A stretch of DNA of 27,899 bases, taken from IMG/VR virus record IMGVR_UViG_3300042563_002362. One strand, written 5' to 3'. Positions 12,108 to 20,354 of the stretch are shown here, piece after piece. The stretch's first letter is position 1, and every line of letters begins with the position of its first letter. The notes beneath the pieces are model-generated. The model was not told the DNA's origin. It was given only the letters and a program-made list of their open reading frames with translations, and searched no databases. Source of the stretch: a virus (lineage: Duplodnaviria; Heunggongvirae; Uroviricota; Caudoviricetes). The translations under genes and the position numbers were made by a program.

Positions 12108-12444
12108 GGGGATGTTTTGGTTTCGACATAATCGGAGAAACAGCATCTGCAATCAAAGGTCTGCACGACCTCTTAAGTGCAAAACAACAAAAGGCGAAAA
12201 TACCTTAGCTCTCGCTGCTTAAGCCGCGATCGTTTGTCAATGACTCCTCTATTTGATAAGCGAACGACAGAGGATATCATGCATAGAGAAATTATGCTAC
12301 GAAGTGTATAAGAGATGATACACTCGGGCGCTGTTCCGTTATGCAGATAGTCAGTAAGATGACAATAAACTCTTAATATGATTGTAGGACAGATGCTGAT
12401 GCACTGGTTGTGGACGCTGGGTTCAACTCCCGCCATCTCCACCA
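12108..12444 (+). ncRNA. ssrA: tmRNA, tag probably (A)GENTLALAA
   Basis: GGGGATG...TTTCGAC 5' end; 3' GGGTTCAACTCCC-GCCATCTCCACCA with G3.U70; internal frame ending gct ctc gct gct taa (12193-12222). Confidence 0.92.
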
Positions 12445-12455
12445 ATTTCTATAAT

Positions 12456-12530
12456 GCGGGTATGGTCTAATGGCTATGACGCGACCTTGCCAAGGTTGAG
12501 ATGAGGTTTCAATTACCTCTACCCGTACCA
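12456..12530 (+). tRNA. tRNA-Gly(GCC)
   Basis: cgacc TT-GCC-AA ggttg; A73; CCA. Confidence 0.88.
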
Positions 12531-12538
12531 CTTTTAAT

Positions 12539-12612
12539 TGCCCATTAGCCTATTGGTAAGGCACATGTCTCTGAAACATGGGAAGAATGTTCGATTCATT
12601 CATGGGCTGCCA
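12539..12612 (+). tRNA. tRNA-Gln(CTG)
   Basis: catgt CT-CTG-AA acatg; G73; CCA. Confidence 0.88.
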
Positions 12613-12620
12613 TTTTATTT

Positions 12621-12741
12621 GCTCCTATAGCTCAGAGGAAGAGCGCATCCTTTTGATAAATATAATTGATGAAAACTTCAATATGTGAAATATGTTTGAG
12701 TATGGATGAGGCCGAGATTTCAAAATTCTCTAGGAGCTCCA
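12621..12741 (+). pseudogene. tRNA-Thr-like gene with a 46-nt insertion in the anticodon loop
   Basis: Intact acceptor gctccta/taggagc, D and T arms, catcc/ggatg stem enclosing 53 nt; U73; CCA. Confidence 0.72.
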
Positions 12742-12746
12742 CTTTC

Positions 12747-12770
12747 GTGCATGTGGTGTAATGGTAATTA
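12747..12770 (+). pseudogene. Duplicated 5' fragment of tRNA-Leu
   Basis: gtgcatgtggtgtaatggtaa nearly identical to gcgcttgtggtgtaatggtaa at 13098. Confidence 0.6.
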
Positions 12771-12793
12771 CATCTATTTAATAAATAACAGAT

Positions 12794-13093
12794 ATGCATC
12801 ACAAACCAAACTCAATATTTGAAGCTGCTTCGCAAATTCTATTTTCTGAAAATCAAGAACAAAAATTTCATCAAGTTCGAATTAAAGAAATTAAGAAGAC
12901 TATTGCTTCAACTGAAGCAGATAAGAAATCTCTTGAATCGATGATTTCCAAAATGGAGAAATCTTTAGCTAAGCTTGTCTCTAATCATGACAAGCTTAAG
13001 GCTAAACTTGATAAGTATAAGACACTTCTAGTCGCTGTTGAAGACGATCCAAATTACAAATTAACTGGGAGTCTCGATGCTCTTAAGTTTTAA
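12794..13093 (+). CDS. Small coiled-coil late protein, possibly a virion internal protein
   Basis: AATAAATA 6 nt upstream; K/E-rich heptads; SIFEAASQIL resembles the N-terminus of 13415. Confidence 0.7.
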   Translation: MHHKPNSIFEAASQILFSENQEQKFHQVRIKEIKKTIASTEADKKSLESMISKMEKSLAKLVSNHDKLKAKLDKYKTLLVAVEDDPNYKLTGSLDALKF

Positions 13094-13097
13094 TTTT

Positions 13098-13185
13098 GCG
13101 CTTGTGGTGTAATGGTAAACACGTCATCTTGAGAAGGTGATGCGGCATGTTCCGCGTGTGGGTTCAAGTCCCACCATGCGCACCA
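13098..13185 (+). tRNA. tRNA-Leu(GAG)
   Basis: tcatc TT-GAG-AA ggtga; variable arm; CCA. Confidence 0.9.
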
Positions 13186-13257
13186 AGATCTTATAGAACA
13201 AATTATAGAAAAGTTCTATATGAGTACATGATAAATGATAGTATATGATATAATAAG

Positions 13258-13339
13258 GGGACGATCTATTCTGTCGTTGACGGAGTGTAGGCCACACTCT
13301 ACGAGGCAGCTCTGGATACAGCACGCGTGCCGTCCCGCA
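13258..13339 (+). ncRNA. Orphan structured element at the end of the array
   Basis: gggacg/cgtccc; gagtgt/acactc; gcac/gtgc. Confidence 0.35.
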
Positions 13340-13378
13340 ATTTTCCAAATTCTTAGCTTATTGTCAAATTAGAAGTAA

Positions 13379-13386
13379 TATAAATA
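13379..13386 (+). promoter_or_regulatory. Late promoter TATAAATA
   Basis: Exact motif upstream of 13415. Confidence 0.7.
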
Positions 13387-13414
13387 CAATACAACTACTT
13401 CCTAAATAAACAAA

Positions 13415-14038
13415 ATGAGCAACTTTACTCACTATAACGGCGATCCTCTATATGCAGCAGCTGCAGCAATTCTTGAGGGCAAACAAATCGAAACTCCATC
13501 TGAACTTGAAGAAGGCGTTGAAGAAATCAAGAAGAAAGCTGAAGGACTAAAGGTTGGTGATAAAACTAACTTTGGTGCTGTTGTTTCTATCGACAGCAAT
13601 TCAATTACCTTCAAGGCTAAGGATCTTCCAAAGACAAAGATCTCCTTCAATCAACGCAAGATGGGTTCAAGAGATTTTGTTCTTGACCGTCTAATGAAGC
13701 TTAAGGAAGATGTTACCGAAGCATACAAAAAATCACCAGCAGATGATTATGATTTAGAAATGGATAACCTTGAGCGTGATAAGAAGATTATAAAAAAGCT
13801 TGATAAAAAAGCTATAACTTCTCTTTTAAAGTATTATGGTGCAGACGCTTCAAAAACAAAAATGTCAGCTTATAGCGGATTGACAACATATAAGGCTTAT
13901 ATGAATGCGTTTAATAAACGCGCCATTGAATTAGGTATTAAGGAAAGCGCTGCGCTTGAAGAATTATTGGGCGGAGACATTCCACAACTTGACGAAGATT
14001 TCATTAAGAAAGTTAACGATGCACTTTCTAATCGTTAA
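13415..14038 (+). CDS. K/E-rich late protein, putative internal head protein
   Basis: Late promoter; several (I/L)-X-E sites like T4 gp21 cleavage motifs. Confidence 0.65.
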   Translation: MSNFTHYNGDPLYAAAAAILEGKQIETPSELEEGVEEIKKKAEGLKVGDKTNFGAVVSIDSNSITFKAKDLPKTKISFNQRKMGSRDFVLDRLMKLKEDVTEAYKKSPADDYDLEMDNLERDKKIIKKLDKKAITSLLKYYGADASKTKMSAYSGLTTYKAYMNAFNKRAIELGIKESAALEELLGGDIPQLDEDFIKKVNDALSNR

Positions 14039-14067
14039 AGATATTCATAATTATTTACGGTAATCAT

Positions 14068-14102
14068 AAAATCCCTGCTAGGTTTTCTTAGCAGGGATTT
14101 TT
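14068..14102 (+). terminator. Rho-independent terminator, probably bidirectional
   Basis: aaaatccctgcta/tagcagggatttt hairpin plus T tract. Confidence 0.8.
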
Positions 14103-14158
14103 GTCGTATATATAGATTTGTATTAAAAATTCATTTAATACATAACACACAAACAAAC

Positions 14159-14347
14159 ATGAATAAAAACGCGTACGAAATTAGATTAGACGTCCTGGGA
14201 ATTGCACATTCGGATTTGATGCATGCATACTATGAAGCAATCAATCTTGAAGCTGACCCGGTTGAAAAGCAAAAGTTACTTAATAAGTTGCCAACCACTG
14301 ACGAGATCATCAATAGAGCAAATCTACTGTATCAGTTCATCAACTAA
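14159..14347 (+). CDS. Small hypothetical protein of a type seen in T4-like phages
   Basis: MNKNAYEIRLDVL N-terminus; family recalled, not searched. Confidence 0.7.
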   Translation: MNKNAYEIRLDVLGIAHSDLMHAYYEAINLEADPVEKQKLLNKLPTTDEIINRANLLYQFIN

Positions 14348-14365
14348 TCACCTCAAAACACAAGC

Positions 14366-14404
14366 ACTCCGCTAGGAATCTTTTTTCTAGCGGAGAATTT
14401 TTTT
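14366..14404 (+). terminator. Rho-independent terminator
   Basis: ctccgctag/ctagcggag hairpin then T tract. Confidence 0.7.
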
Positions 14405-14405
14405 G

Positions 14406-14434
14406 TTTACATTCCGTGAATTTTTGATTATAAT
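14406..14434 (+). promoter_or_regulatory. Early promoter TTTACA-N17-TATAAT
   Basis: Exact motif. Confidence 0.8.
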
Positions 14435-14457
14435 AATATCATAATCAAACGGACCAT

Positions 14458-14712
14458 ATGCAAGTTACCGCACAGCAAATTCTCAAGGTTGAAATTGGTA
14501 AAGAAGAGCAACGTCGTATTGCGATTCAAACAATTAGAAACGCCGCAAAGTGGGTCTCTGGCAATTTCGTTTCAGATGGCAAATTGATGCTCCGTGAAAA
14601 TTATGCCACTTCGCATAGTTGGTCCGAAGATCTTGTTGTCCGTGACGCAACTCCGCTTGATCTTGCAACTGATCTATTGATTAAACATATTCTTTCTTCA
14701 CAATCTGTATGA
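14458..14712 (+). CDS. Hypothetical protein
   Basis: 84-aa ORF, ATGA-coupled to 14709. Confidence 0.72.
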   Translation: MQVTAQQILKVEIGKEEQRRIAIQTIRNAAKWVSGNFVSDGKLMLRENYATSHSWSEDLVVRDATPLDLATDLLIKHILSSQSV

Positions 14713-15227
14713 GCGTATATTTTATAGGAGATCCGCATCTAGGGCATAAGAACATCGCTAAGTTCAGACCTTGGGTCAAAAGCACGGCACATAACACCGA
14801 ACTCTTTACGAGCGAATGGGAACGCATGATTAACAAGCGTGACGTTGTTTACATGATGGGCGACGTTGCATTTGATTACCCATCACTTGATCTGATTGGT
14901 AACCTGCCAGGACGTAAGATTCTGATTAAAGGTAATCATGATGACTTTGTACTAACCTCTCGACAGTGCGATGTTTTTGAAGAAATTCATGGCATGCTTA
15001 AGTACAAAGGGATGTGGCTTACGCATGCGCCCATACATCCAGACGAAATGCGTGCACGCAAATGTAACATTCATGGTCACGTTCATAACGCAACAATCAT
15101 GCGTGGATGGGGTCCTTGGCGCAAGCCTGACCCTCGGTACATCAACACGTGCGTAGATGTCCTATGGCCACAACGTAACTCTTTCTTCATCTCACTGGAT
15201 GAAATCAAGAAAATGACAGGTTGTTAA
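14709..15227 (+). CDS. Calcineurin-like metallophosphoesterase
   Basis: GDPH, MGD, KGNHD, THAP, HGHVH motifs. Confidence 0.9.
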   Translation: MSVYFIGDPHLGHKNIAKFRPWVKSTAHNTELFTSEWERMINKRDVVYMMGDVAFDYPSLDLIGNLPGRKILIKGNHDDFVLTSRQCDVFEEIHGMLKYKGMWLTHAPIHPDEMRARKCNIHGHVHNATIMRGWGPWRKPDPRYINTCVDVLWPQRNSFFISLDEIKKMTGC

Positions 15228-15235
15228 TTTTCTCA

Positions 15236-15264
15236 TTTACATCTGACTTATTTTTGATTATAAT
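15236..15264 (+). promoter_or_regulatory. Early promoter TTTACA-N17-TATAAT
   Basis: Exact motif; followed by mini-ORF MKLEINSI (15271-15297). Confidence 0.8.
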
Positions 15265-15305
15265 AAACGTATGAAATTGGAAATCAATTCCATTTGACAA
15301 TTTAA

Positions 15306-15416
15306 TGCCGTGGTGCATGATTCGGTTGCATCAATATAAGAAAAACAACTAGCTGGCAGTGTAACTAAAACCATCTGTCAGCAAAAACAAACCTCCGACT
15401 CAGACTATTCCCGGCA
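15306..15416 (+). promoter_or_regulatory. Structured 5' leader of the vWA-PurA operon
   Basis: tgccg/cggca enclosing tggtgca/tgcatca and gctggcag/ctgtcagc hairpins. Confidence 0.4.
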
Positions 15417-15438
15417 CAACTTCTATTAACCAAACACT

Positions 15439-15804
15439 ATGACTGAAACTGATACCAACATTAGCGAGATTGATGATAATGACCTTAAAGGCGCATTCTT
15501 CGACAATCTCAATCGTAATAACCGTAGCATCAAGCGCGATCGTGCAGTTGCTATTACTGAGGATGCTAAGCTTCTTTACAAGCGTAACATCGAAGACCTG
15601 GAAATGCAGATGAAGAAGCTTGCGCGTGAACGTGTCAACATGCTTGACCTTTCTCCGACAAGTGCCGATTCGCTGATCCTTGCATCTGACTTTGATGCAC
15701 CCGCCTTCGTCAAGAAGGATATTGAGCTTGGTGTCAAGATTCGTACTCTTCAGATTACGCTTGACATTGCTAAGGAAAGCTACGGTAAACTGTTCGGAGA
15801 ATAA
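15439..15804 (+). CDS. Hypothetical helical protein
   Basis: 121-aa ORF with good codon usage; first gene of the operon. Confidence 0.78.
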   Translation: MTETDTNISEIDDNDLKGAFFDNLNRNNRSIKRDRAVAITEDAKLLYKRNIEDLEMQMKKLARERVNMLDLSPTSADSLILASDFDAPAFVKKDIELGVKIRTLQITLDIAKESYGKLFGE

Positions 15805-15808
15805 TATC

Positions 15809-16696
15809 ATGGGTTGGACTTCTTACTCTACCGACGCACGTACTCTACGTGCAACCGCTGCTTGTTATGCCAGTGCTCCCGTTGACGTAACATTTACGCA
15901 GCAACGCGAACGTCGTGTTCATGAACAAATGGATTCGACTAAGGTTGTGTTCCGTGAAGCACGTGATAGTGAAGCTCATCCAAACAGCTTCCCAATCATT
16001 CTTGCTCTTGACGTGACTGGTTCCATGGGCGCTATTCCTCGAATGCTTATTGCTGATGGTCTGCCAAAGATCATGGGTCGTATCATTCAAAACGGATGTC
16101 CTGATGCTGCTCTTTGCTTCCTTGCAATCGGCGACCACGAATGTGACCGCTATCCTGTCCAAGCTGCGCAGTTCGAAAGCGGAGACTCCGAACTTGACAT
16201 GTGGCTTACTCGCACTTACCTTGAAGGTGGCGGCGGAGGCAATGCAGGTGAAAGCTATCCACTTGCATGGGACTTTGCGGCAAATCGTGTTCAAACTGAC
16301 TCATGGGATAAGCGCAAGGAAAAGGGTCTGCTCTTCACAATTGGTGACGAACCGTTCCTGAAGAACTTTCCAGCAAATGCGTTTAATGGAATCTACGGCT
16401 CTAATGGTCTGCATCAAAAGACTGTGACCGCTGAAGAACTGTTCCAAGCTGCATCTGAAAAGTTTGACATCTATCACCTTAGCTTGGATCACGGCTATCG
16501 CAGAACCGACTCTGCATGGGTACAGTTGCTTGGTCCTAACTGTGTGATTCTGAATGATCACAATGAAGTTCCAAATACGATTGCACAAATTGTCGAGCAG
16601 CGTATGCAAGGTAAAACCGTTCAAACTTCTGAACGTAAGCGTGAATCCGTGACGGTTCCTAGTGAGGATAGCGATGCGGTATCTCCGTTGCTGTAA
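15809..16696 (+). CDS. vWA-domain protein
   Basis: DVTGSM MIDAS motif, GGGGN.GESY, FTIGDE; start 15809 chosen because 15680 overlaps the upstream gene. Confidence 0.85.
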   Translation: MGWTSYSTDARTLRATAACYASAPVDVTFTQQRERRVHEQMDSTKVVFREARDSEAHPNSFPIILALDVTGSMGAIPRMLIADGLPKIMGRIIQNGCPDAALCFLAIGDHECDRYPVQAAQFESGDSELDMWLTRTYLEGGGGGNAGESYPLAWDFAANRVQTDSWDKRKEKGLLFTIGDEPFLKNFPANAFNGIYGSNGLHQKTVTAEELFQAASEKFDIYHLSLDHGYRRTDSAWVQLLGPNCVILNDHNEVPNTIAQIVEQRMQGKTVQTSERKRESVTVPSEDSDAVSPLL

Positions 16697-16699
16697 AGC

Positions 16700-17884
16700 A
16701 TGAAAGCGCAAATTGTAATTGACACCTCTTTTGGTGATGGTGGTAAAGGCCTGACGGTGGATAATCTCTGCCGTCAGGCCGTCCTCCGCGGCGAGTCTGT
16801 AGCAGTTGTTCGCTTTAGTGGCGGTCAGCAATGCGGTCATACTGTTATCCGCGAAGGGATTAAGCATGTCTTTTCTACGTATGGTTCCGGAACTCTTCAA
16901 GGTATTCCTACCTATTATACTGAACATGCGACGATGAGTCTGCAGGCAACACTGACAGAGTATTTTGCTCTGCGTGAAAAGTGTATAGAGCCAAAGCTGT
17001 ATTTCCATCCTCAGACACGTCTCACTACACCATATGATGTTGCTTACAATCGTGCAAAAGAAAGTGCTGCTTACTCTGGCGGTCGTGCAGGTGATGTACG
17101 ACATGGGAGCTGTGGCATGGGAGTTGGCGCTACTCTAAAGCGTCATGACGAAACACCATACAAGATTTATGTAAGCGATTTGCTTTATCCTCAACTATTA
17201 AGACAAAAGCTCGACGGCATTAAAATGTACTATGCACGTAAAGTTCATTCTGAAGCTCTTAATGATAGTGACGGTCTTGGACACGGTCAATCGTTTTACA
17301 GTGCTTTTCATTCTGAAGTAAACGAGCAACTTGAATCTTTCGAAGCAGCTCTTGAACTAAGCAAAGAACATGTCGCGTTTGAAATTGCTAACCTTTACCC
17401 AAACCAATTTCGCAATTTGATCTATGAAGGTTCTCAGGGAGTTCTTCTTGACATGGATCATGGTATCTTTCCAAACGTAACTTACGGTAATACGACGTGC
17501 AAGAACGCAATTGAACATGCGTCGCGCTTGGGTATTCGTGACATCGAATTATTCTATGTGTCGCGTTGCTATCTCACACGTCATGGTCGCGGATGGATGC
17601 CAAATGAAACTGAAATCAAATTGGTCAATACCGATGAAGAGATTAATGTTACTAATCCCTGGCAAGAACATTTACGAATTGGAGAACTTGACTATGATTT
17701 GATTGACTATGCCTTGACGGTTGACAATGGATATCATCGTGATTCCTATCGTCGTAACATGGTGATTACTTGTCTTGATCAACGTCCTGATTGGAAACTT
17801 GACACCACTCGTCTTCCATACTACATTCAAGGAGTCTACACAAATGCATCTCCGCAAGCTGACTCTTGGGTGCTTGCGAAATAA
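16700..17884 (+). CDS. purA: Adenylosuccinate synthetase-like protein (divergent PurA family)
   Basis: FGDGGKG, RFSGG..GHTV, HGSCGMG, EGSQGVLLD, SRCYLTRHG.G. Confidence 0.85.
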   Translation: MKAQIVIDTSFGDGGKGLTVDNLCRQAVLRGESVAVVRFSGGQQCGHTVIREGIKHVFSTYGSGTLQGIPTYYTEHATMSLQATLTEYFALREKCIEPKLYFHPQTRLTTPYDVAYNRAKESAAYSGGRAGDVRHGSCGMGVGATLKRHDETPYKIYVSDLLYPQLLRQKLDGIKMYYARKVHSEALNDSDGLGHGQSFYSAFHSEVNEQLESFEAALELSKEHVAFEIANLYPNQFRNLIYEGSQGVLLDMDHGIFPNVTYGNTTCKNAIEHASRLGIRDIELFYVSRCYLTRHGRGWMPNETEIKLVNTDEEINVTNPWQEHLRIGELDYDLIDYALTVDNGYHRDSYRRNMVITCLDQRPDWKLDTTRLPYYIQGVYTNASPQADSWVLAK

Positions 17885-17907
17885 ATTACATCAGTCATAA
17901 ATTTTTA

Positions 17908-17936
17908 TTTACATCTGTCACATTTTTGATTATAAT
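17908..17936 (+). promoter_or_regulatory. Early promoter TTTACA-N17-TATAAT
   Basis: Exact motif 6 nt before ATG 17943. Confidence 0.8.
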
Positions 17937-17942
17937 AAACAC

Positions 17943-19250
17943 ATGAAAACAAACATTAAGAATACTCCGAAGAACTTCACCCACGAAGGCGCGGTTGCGA
18001 AAAACATCAATGCAAAGCAAGAATTGCGACGCACCGTTATGTCGTGTTTGCTGTGGGAAAATAGTTTCTATGAAAGCGGTGTCGATATCGCTTCACGCAT
18101 CGCAGATCTTGTTCCACGCGTAAGCGGTAAGGAAGCAATGGAGATTGCAATTGAATGTCGATCCTCAATGAAGCTGCGTCATACGCCGCTTTACATTGCT
18201 CGACTTATGGCACAAAACGCGCATCAGCGCGAGTATGTTGCACAGACGTTGTATGCAGTCATCCAGCGTGCAGACGAACTCTCTGAGTTCCTTTCTCTCT
18301 ACTGGAAGAATGGCCGTGTCCCAATTGCTAAGCAGGTCAAGAAAGGTCTTGCGTCGGCGTTCACCAAGTTCAATGAATATGCTCTTGCAAAGTATAATCG
18401 TGATGGTGCAATCAAGCTGCGTGACGTCTTGTTCATGGTACACGCTAAGCCAAAGGATGCCGAACAGGCTGCTCTTTGGAAGCGCCTTGTCAACGACGAA
18501 TTGAAGACTCCAGATACCTGGGAAGTTGAATTGTCGGCTTCGTCTGACAAGAAGGCTTCTTGGACTCGTCTGTTGTCCGAAAATAAGTTGGGTGCATTGG
18601 CGCTGTTGCGTAACCTTCGTAACATGAAGAACGCTGGTGTGGACGACATGCTAATTCGTGACGCATTGCGTAATATCAATGCAGATCGTGTTCTTCCATT
18701 TCGTTTCATCAGTGCTGCGCGTCATGCACCAAGTCTTGAAGCTGAACTTGAAGCTGGTATGTTTAAGTGTTTGGAGGGACACGCTAAGTTGCCAGGTAAG
18801 ACTGTAGTGTTGATCGACGTCTCTGGTTCGATGATTTGGAAGATCAGCGACAAGAGTGACATCAACCGTATTGACACTGCATGTGGACTTGCTATGCTGC
18901 TACGTGAAATTTGTGATACCGTCGAGGTTCATACTTTCTCAACTGCAGTTCGTGAAGTTGCACCACGTCGTGGTTTTGCACTCGCCGAAGCTATCAATCG
19001 TTCTCAGCCATACGGCGGAACTGATCTTGGGCATGCGGTTAAAACGGTCAATGGAATCAACTGTGATCGTCTAATCGTTATCACCGACGAACAGAGCTCG
19101 ACACGAGTTCCAGATCCAGTGTGCAAGAAGAGCTACATGATCAACGTTGCTTCTTACAAGAACGGTGTTGGTTATGGCCCTTGGACTCATATTGACGGTT
19201 GGAGCGATTCAATCGTTACTTACATCCAGGCGCTCGAAAACACGCATTGA
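17943..19250 (+). CDS. rsr: Ro60/Rsr TROVE-domain RNA-binding protein
   Basis: THEGA, ELRRTVMSCLLWE.SFYE, KYNRD...LRDVLFMVH, TPDTWE, ALLRNLRNM, vWA DVSGSM and ITDEQ. Confidence 0.93.
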   Translation: MKTNIKNTPKNFTHEGAVAKNINAKQELRRTVMSCLLWENSFYESGVDIASRIADLVPRVSGKEAMEIAIECRSSMKLRHTPLYIARLMAQNAHQREYVAQTLYAVIQRADELSEFLSLYWKNGRVPIAKQVKKGLASAFTKFNEYALAKYNRDGAIKLRDVLFMVHAKPKDAEQAALWKRLVNDELKTPDTWEVELSASSDKKASWTRLLSENKLGALALLRNLRNMKNAGVDDMLIRDALRNINADRVLPFRFISAARHAPSLEAELEAGMFKCLEGHAKLPGKTVVLIDVSGSMIWKISDKSDINRIDTACGLAMLLREICDTVEVHTFSTAVREVAPRRGFALAEAINRSQPYGGTDLGHAVKTVNGINCDRLIVITDEQSSTRVPDPVCKKSYMINVASYKNGVGYGPWTHIDGWSDSIVTYIQALENTH

Positions 19251-19269
19251 GAACCTACGGCATATAGGT

Positions 19270-19479
19270 ATGAGTAAGCGGCAAAGAACATGCGGAAATT
19301 GCAAACATTTTATCCGAGTCAAAACTTGGGAAAAGGGGCGCAATGGTATGTGTGATAAGCTTGACTACAACTGTCATTCTGACAGTCGTTACGCTCGCCG
19401 CTGCTCATACTATCAAGCCGAAAAGTATACTCGTCTACGACAATCTCTTTTGACATTCCAACTCCGATCTTTTGGATAA
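19270..19479 (+). CDS. Small Cys-rich protein
   Basis: CGNCKHF...C...C...C; ATG at 19270 after the Ro60 stop. Confidence 0.65.
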   Translation: MSKRQRTCGNCKHFIRVKTWEKGRNGMCDKLDYNCHSDSRYARRCSYYQAEKYTRLRQSLLTFQLRSFG

Positions 19480-19540
19480 CCGCTACAATCATTGCGATCA
19501 TTTTATTGAATGCGCTGATGAATTTAATCTATCCTGACAA

Positions 19541-20350
19541 TTAAAGCGTGTCTAACTTGTAACATTTCAGCGGCACATCATACAACCAGTGAGCACAATT
19601 GCTGAAGGTTGATCCCCAGTTATGCACTGAAAATTGGTGTATAGCTTTTGCGGTTTTTAGAAGGAAGAAGTCAACGAGTGTGTCGGTCACTCCAGACGTA
19701 TCATCTACTTCAACTATGTTCATATGAACCGATCTTGCGGCGGTAGGATGGACATTACATACAGACGTAAGCTCTTTTTTGACTGCATCTGAATCACACA
19801 TAATAATCAGCTTATTGCTAGTCTGCGATGAAATTTCATTGATCTTATCAATAATGTATTTCATCATGCTGTCACGATCAACATCAACTGTAAAATTGAT
19901 TGCGGTGGAATATGCTAGCTTATCTCCAGTTCTCACGTGAATCACTTCATATGGCTCGGTTGGAGTCACTTCATCAATCATGCTTTGCAGTTTATCATTA
20001 GGAGTAAATGCATGACTAACGAATAACTTAGTATGTCGATTCAAAGGGAATGATGGGAATGTATTACAATGAACTCCGATTGTTGGATGTCTACCTCGAA
20101 GTCGACTTCTAAATTCAGACAGCTTAGCGCGCAAGTCCGTTAAACGATTACATTGATTGTTTAAGTTATTGATGTGTACATCTGGCACGCTTCCGCGAGG
20201 TATGATAAACTCGCCGATTGGATGATCTTTAAATGTTATGACATACGGTGTTCGGCCAGATGTGCATAGTTGATGGCATGCTAATGAGCCTCTTAGGAAG
20301 TCTCCAAGACCCATGCCGCCTGGTGTTTGTATGTATGAATGTACTATCAT
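19541..20350 (-). CDS. GT-B glycosyltransferase, fucosyltransferase-like
   Basis: GMGLGD N-terminal motif; HVRTGD (HxRxxD); DFFLL...STFS. Confidence 0.7.
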   Translation of the reverse strand: MIVHSYIQTPGGMGLGDFLRGSLACHQLCTSGRTPYVITFKDHPIGEFIIPRGSVPDVHINNLNNQCNRLTDLRAKLSEFRSRLRGRHPTIGVHCNTFPSFPLNRHTKLFVSHAFTPNDKLQSMIDEVTPTEPYEVIHVRTGDKLAYSTAINFTVDVDRDSMMKYIIDKINEISSQTSNKLIIMCDSDAVKKELTSVCNVHPTAARSVHMNIVEVDDTSGVTDTLVDFFLLKTAKAIHQFSVHNWGSTFSNCAHWLYDVPLKCYKLDTL

Positions 20351-20354
20351 ATTA

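Noticed and set aside
15680-15808. Longer ORF-track starts (15680, 19147, 21649, 21725, 25371, 25963)
   Set aside because: They overlap neighbouring genes; downstream ATGs fit operon spacing and promoters better.
16700-17884. PurZ (2-aminoadenine DNA) pathway
   Set aside because: The enzyme keeps the GDGGKG Asp of PurA, whereas PurZ has Ser there; no DatZ/MazZ-like neighbours were recognised.
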